This document shows, in pieces, positions 60,283-64,000 of a stretch of 64,000 bases of DNA; position 1 is the first letter of the stretch, and each line of letters starts with the position of its first letter. This stretch comes from an uncultured Acidobacteriota bacterium (GTDB lineage: Bacteria > Acidobacteriota > UBA6911): contig CAWHCF010000010.1 of the NCBI GenBank assembly GCA_963827655.1, positions 85,503 through 149,502 of the forward strand, in the 5' to 3' direction. A program made the position numbers and the translations under genes. Under the pieces are notes generated by a model. It had not been told where the DNA came from, did no database searches, and worked only from the letters and a program-made list of their open reading frames with translations.

Positions 60283-61542
60283 CTAATCGTTGATTGAGAC
60301 GGGAGCTGCGGGGTAGTGGGACTCGACATACTCATTGAGCAGGGCAATGAACCTGTCGACCATCCCTTCGCCGCGCAAGGTAGTCACCAGCCGGCCATCG
60401 ACAAAGACAGGCGCCTTCGGCTCCTCTCCTGTACCCGGCAGCGATATTCCGATGTTGGCGTGCTTCGACTCCCCCGGCCCGTTCACTACACAACCCATGA
60501 CGGCAACCTTCAGCTCCTCGACTCCTCGATACTGGCTCTTCCACACCGGCATCTGGTTCCTTAAATAGGTCTGGATCTGATCCGCCATTTCCTGGAAAAA
60601 GGTCGAGGTCGTGCGACCGCAACCAGGGCAAGCCGAGACCTGCGGGGCAAAGCTGCGAATCCCAAGCGACTGCAGAATCTGCTGCGCTACCAGCACCTCC
60701 TCGGTCCGGTCTCCATTCGGAGCAGGGGTGAGAGAAACGCGGATCGTATCGCCGATTCCCTCTTGCAACAGGATCGCGAGCGCCGCCGCCGAGGCAACCA
60801 CTCCTTTGGTTCCCATCCCGGCTTCGGTCAGGCCCAGGTGCAATGCGTAATCGCATTGCTCAGCCAGCAGGCGGTAAACTTCGACGAGATCCTGGACACC
60901 CGAGACCTTCGCGCTGAGAATGATCTGGTCGCGGCGCAGCCCGTAATCCTCGGCCATACGCGCGGATTCGAGAGCGCTCAGATTCATGGCTTCGATCAAA
61001 ACGCCGCGCGCGTCCCTGGGCTCGGGCCGCAGCGTGTTCTGGTCCATGAGCCGCGTCAGCAGGGCCTGATCCAGGGAGCCCCAGTTCACGCCGATGCGCA
61101 CCGGCTTCCCGTTTTCGACCGCCACCTGAATCATCTGGCGGAAGTTCTCGTCGTGGCGCTTTCCGACTCCGACGTTACCCGGATTGATCCGGTATTTGGC
61201 GAGCGCGCGCGCGCACTCCGGATACTCGGTGAGAAGAATATGCCCGTTGTAGTGGAAGTCGCCGACAACCGGGACGCGCACTCCCATGTCTTCCAGGCGG
61301 CTGACAATCTCGGGTACTGCCCGCGCGGCCTCGTGGGTATTGACCGTGATGCGCACCAGTTCGGACCCGGCCGCAGCCAACCTTGCCACCTGGTCTGAGG
61401 TCGTCAGGGGATCGGCCGTATCGGTGTTGGTCATGGACTGGACCACAACCGGCGCCCCTCCTCCCACCATTACCCCGCCGACGCTCACGCCGGTTGATTT
61501 TCTGCGCACCGGCCCTGACGTGCCAAGCTCTCTCATTGTCAT
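60283..61542 (-). CDS. ispG: 4-hydroxy-3-methylbut-2-enyl diphosphate synthase (flavodoxin)
   Basis: N-terminal ..[30 protein letters not shown].. and C-terminal [4Fe-4S] cysteines (..[10 protein letters not shown].., ..[10 protein letters not shown]..) are diagnostic of GcpE/IspG. Confidence 0.8.
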   Translation of the reverse strand: MTMRELGTSGPVRRKSTGVSVGGVMVGGGAPVVVQSMTNTDTADPLTTSDQVARLAAAGSELVRITVNTHEAARAVPEIVSRLEDMGVRVPVVGDFHYNGHILLTEYPECARALAKYRINPGNVGVGKRHDENFRQMIQVAVENGKPVRIGVNWGSLDQALLTRLMDQNTLRPEPRDARGVLIEAMNLSALESARMAEDYGLRRDQIILSAKVSGVQDLVEVYRLLAEQCDYALHLGLTEAGMGTKGVVASAAALAILLQEGIGDTIRVSLTPAPNGDRTEEVLVAQQILQSLGIRSFAPQVSACPGCGRTTSTFFQEMADQIQTYLRNQMPVWKSQYRGVEELKVAVMGCVVNGPGESKHANIGISLPGTGEEPKAPVFVDGRLVTTLRGEGMVDRFIALLNEYVESHYPAAPVSIND

Positions 61543-61738
61543 ACTGGAATTCAACAATGTAGCCCAACCAAATGCAAGCCACAAGAGCTTCGGGTCGCCG
61601 CGCCTATGTGGTTGCTGTTGCCAGACAAATCAGCCACGAAGACACCAGGGTATGGCGCGAGAGCCCCCGGTCTTGGCTCATAACTTCATTTATGGTAAAG
61701 AATGACAGCCCCTTTTGTGGCATGGAAAGGAGTCACCG

Positions 61739-62290
61739 TTGAGAGCACGACTCGACGAAGAACTGGGACCCCCTCTCTTCACGGCCGACGCCATTCAGAA
61801 GCGGGTCCGGGAGCTAGGGGCCACGATCACCCGGGACTATCAGGGCAGGTCTCCGCATCTGATCGCGATCCTCAAAGGCGCAAGCATCTTTCATGCGGAC
61901 CTGGTCCGCTCGATTGAATTGCCGGTCTCGTGCGACTTCATCGCGGTCGCCAGCTATGGCGCCTTGACGAAGAGCAGCGGAGAAGTGAGGATTCTCAAAG
62001 ACCTGGATGAAAGTCTCGAAGGCAAAGACGTGCTCCTGGTCGAAGACATTCTGGACACCGGTCTTACGCTTAATTACCTGCTTCAAAACCTTCAATCCCG
62101 GGGTCCGCAATCGGTAAAGGTCGTGGTTCTCCTGAACAAACCTTCCCGGCGTCAGATCGAAGTTTCCGCTGACTACGTGGGATTCGAGATTCCGGACCAT
62201 TTCGTCGTGGGCTACGGGCTGGATTACAACCAGCGATACCGCAACCTCCCCTGCATTTCCACCTTGAGGGTCGGCTCCAATACGGCTTGA
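61739..62290 (+). CDS. hpt: Hypoxanthine(-guanine) phosphoribosyltransferase
   Basis: PRPP-binding motif VLLVEDILDTGLTL, plus ..DFIAVASYG.. and ..GYGLDY... The strong RBS GGAAAGGAG, 7 nt before TTG 61739, is favoured over the tracked ATG 61715, which lacks an RBS. Confidence 0.75.
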   Translation: MRARLDEELGPPLFTADAIQKRVRELGATITRDYQGRSPHLIAILKGASIFHADLVRSIELPVSCDFIAVASYGALTKSSGEVRILKDLDESLEGKDVLLVEDILDTGLTLNYLLQNLQSRGPQSVKVVVLLNKPSRRQIEVSADYVGFEIPDHFVVGYGLDYNQRYRNLPCISTLRVGSNTA

Positions 62291-62314
62291 GAGGTCCACC
62301 GCCACCAGGTTGCG

Positions 62315-63484
62315 CTACCGGAGCTGGGAGAGAAACGAAATGCCGGCCGGAAGGCGCGCGCCGAAATTCTCCGCGATGGTTTGCCCGATATCGGCCATGG
62401 TCCGGCGGGTTCCGAGATCGACGTTGCCCTCGAGCTTCTTGCTGTACACCAGGATGGGAACATACTCGCGCGAGTGGTCGGTGCTCGGCGTGGTGGGATC
62501 GCACCCGTGGTCGGCGCTGATCACGAGGCAGTCGTCCGCGTTCATCGCGTTGATGAGATCCGGAATTCTCCGATCGAAATCTTCAAGGCCCCGCGCATAA
62601 CCTCCAGGGTCGTTGCGGTGGCCCCAGAGCATATCGAAATCAACGAAGTTGCTGAAGATCAAACCATCCGGGGCCCACTGGAGCGCATCGATCGTCTGGT
62701 CCATTGACTCTGTATTGTCTTGCGCCTTCAGATTCTCGGTGATCCCACGATAATTGAAGATCGATGCAATCTTGCCGACGGCGACGGCCGCCAGGTTCCG
62801 GGCATGCAGCACATCGAGCAATGTGTTCTCCGGCGGCGGCACTGCGAAATCCTTGCGATTCTTGGTCCGCTGAAAATTCCCCGGCGTGCCGGTGAAGGGG
62901 CGCGCGATGACGCGTCCGACGCGATCCTGTCCGTCCAGCAACTTCCGCGCAATTTCACAAATGCGGTACAGCTCCTCGAGCGGGATGACTTCCTCGTGGG
63001 CCGCAACCTGAAATACCGAATCGGCGGACGTATAGACGATGGGACGCCCTGTCTTGACGTGTTCCTCGCCCAGCTCCTTGATGATCTCCGTCCCCGACGC
63101 CGGCTTGTTCCCCAGCACCCCGCGGCCGATGGTCTTCTCGAAAGGCTCCAGCACTCTCGGCGGAAAACCGCGCGGATACGTGGGGAAGGGTTGCGGCGTG
63201 ATGATCCCGGCCATCTCCCAATGTCCGACGGTGGTATCCTTGCCGTTCGAGCAGATCGCTGCTTTTCCGAAAGATCCTTCGGCTCGCGCGCATGGGGGCA
63301 ACTCTGGCAGCGAGCGGATATTGCCCAGCCCGAGCCTTTGCAAGTTGGGCAGCCTCGGTTTCTCGGCGGCGAGAACGTTTCCGATCGTGTCACTCCCTTC
63401 ATCCCCCCATTCGGCGGCGTCGGGCATTTCGCCGATTCCGGCGCTATCAAGAACAACAAGCACAACTCTTCTAAACAGAACCAT
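62315..63484 (-). CDS. deoB: Phosphopentomutase
   Basis: N-terminus ..[31 protein letters not shown].. with Mn-binding DHGCDPT and ..SADHG.. motifs, typical of DeoB. Confidence 0.75.
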   Translation of the reverse strand: MVLFRRVVLVVLDSAGIGEMPDAAEWGDEGSDTIGNVLAAEKPRLPNLQRLGLGNIRSLPELPPCARAEGSFGKAAICSNGKDTTVGHWEMAGIITPQPFPTYPRGFPPRVLEPFEKTIGRGVLGNKPASGTEIIKELGEEHVKTGRPIVYTSADSVFQVAAHEEVIPLEELYRICEIARKLLDGQDRVGRVIARPFTGTPGNFQRTKNRKDFAVPPPENTLLDVLHARNLAAVAVGKIASIFNYRGITENLKAQDNTESMDQTIDALQWAPDGLIFSNFVDFDMLWGHRNDPGGYARGLEDFDRRIPDLINAMNADDCLVISADHGCDPTTPSTDHSREYVPILVYSKKLEGNVDLGTRRTMADIGQTIAENFGARLPAGISFLSQLR

Positions 63485-63572
63485 GATTCGACTTGACGAT
63501 TCGGTACGATTGACGATTTGACGATTGACGATTGAAGACCGGCTTCAATCGTCAATCGTCAATCGTCAATCG
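63485..63572. repeat. Perfect palindrome built from tandem TTGACGA/TCGTCAA heptamers (4-5 units per arm), between two minus-strand genes
   Basis: gattgacgatttgacgattgacgattgaagaccggcttcaatcgtcaatcgtcaatcgtcaatcgtcaatcc, read directly from the sequence. Confidence 0.6.
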
Positions 63573-64000
63573 TCAATCCTTCTTGAGGCTGCTAAGAATG
63601 CGCTGCTGGTACTCTCGCGCCTTCTGTTTGATCCGCTTCTCGTCCAGAGTCAGCACGCGCCCTTCCGACATCACGAGCTTGCCATTGATTATGCTCGTCT
63701 TCACATCCGCCCCCTTCAACGAATAGACCAGGTGGGAGTAAACGTTGTAAAGCGGAACGGCGTGGGCGAGGTCGGTTTCGACGACGATCAGATCCGCTCG
63801 CTTGCCCACCTCCAGCGACCCGATTTCCCCTTGCAGCCCGAGGGCGCGCGCTCCGCCTAGAGTGGCCATCTCTACGACTTTCTCGGCCGGCAGTGCCGTG
63901 GGGTTCATTGAGACAAGTTTGTGCAGCATAGCCGCCGAGCGCATCGCCTCGAACATGTCGAGATCATTGTTGCTGGCCGCTCCATCCGTTCCTAGGCCAA
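63573..64000 (-). CDS. Amidohydrolase, MtaD-like (5-methylthioadenosine/S-adenosylhomocysteine or related nucleoside deaminase), C-terminal part only; the N-terminus lies beyond the window end
   Basis: Contains ..GLGTDGAASNNDLDMFEAMRSAAMLHK...LGGARALGL...GSLEVGKRADLIVVE..., the C-terminal signature of MtaD/Atz-Trz deaminases. The frame is open to position 64000. Confidence 0.65.
   Translation of the reverse strand, partial: GLGTDGAASNNDLDMFEAMRSAAMLHKLVSMNPTALPAEKVVEMATLGGARALGLQGEIGSLEVGKRADLIVVETDLAHAVPLYNVYSHLVYSLKGADVKTSIINGKLVMSEGRVLTLDEKRIKQKAREYQQRILSSLKKD

Noticed and set aside
1-64000. Search for rRNA, tRNA, CRISPR arrays, transposases/integrases
   Set aside because: No conserved rRNA segments, no tRNA-like T-loop/anticodon arm structures in the intergenic regions inspected, no regular repeat-spacer arrays and no transposase or integrase ORFs were recognised. 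The dispersed repeats found are non-coding.

Overview
High-GC (about 60-65%) bacterial chromosomal window whose gene content points to Acidobacteria (e.g. Solibacter/Bryobacter-like). This rests on the gene families present: giant TonB-dependent receptors with an N-terminal carboxypeptidase-regulatory-like domain, an ADOP-type duplicated FtsX/MacB permease, an ECF sigma factor translationally coupled to a Ser/Thr kinase with a TolB-like propeller, and a DUF1549/DUF1553 + DUF1501 operon. It is dense in secreted hydrolases: a CRTAC1/ASPIC-like protein, a BNR/Asp-box sialidase-like protein, M28 and S9 peptidases, an acetylxylan-esterase-like tandem a/b-hydrolase, a carboxylesterase B, a beta-helix protein and a periplasmic nucleosidase. 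Three very large TonB-dependent receptor genes are present, two in a tandem array flanked by a conserved hairpin repeat and one on the minus strand flanked by direct copies of a dispersed ~200 bp repeat. There is a HigB/HigA toxin-antitoxin + GNAT + DUF2442 islet, a low-GC islet with a TylF-like O-methyltransferase, and a thioester (CLEQ) alpha-2-macroglobulin translationally coupled to PBP1C. A purine salvage/interconversion cluster holds an 8-oxoguanine/guanine-deaminase-like amidohydrolase, an NCS2 purine permease, hpt, deoB and an MtaD-like deaminase, with ispG embedded. At least 16 apparent +/-1 frameshifts break otherwise recognisable genes. This is compatible with indel-type assembly errors, with genuine pseudogenes, or with both. 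One tandem receptor copy carries 5 breaks against 1 in its neighbour. No rRNA, tRNA, CRISPR array or transposase was recognised. Two novel-looking non-coding repeat families are reported: a ~200 bp dispersed element in 3 copies, and palindromes built from GACGATT heptamers in 2 copies.
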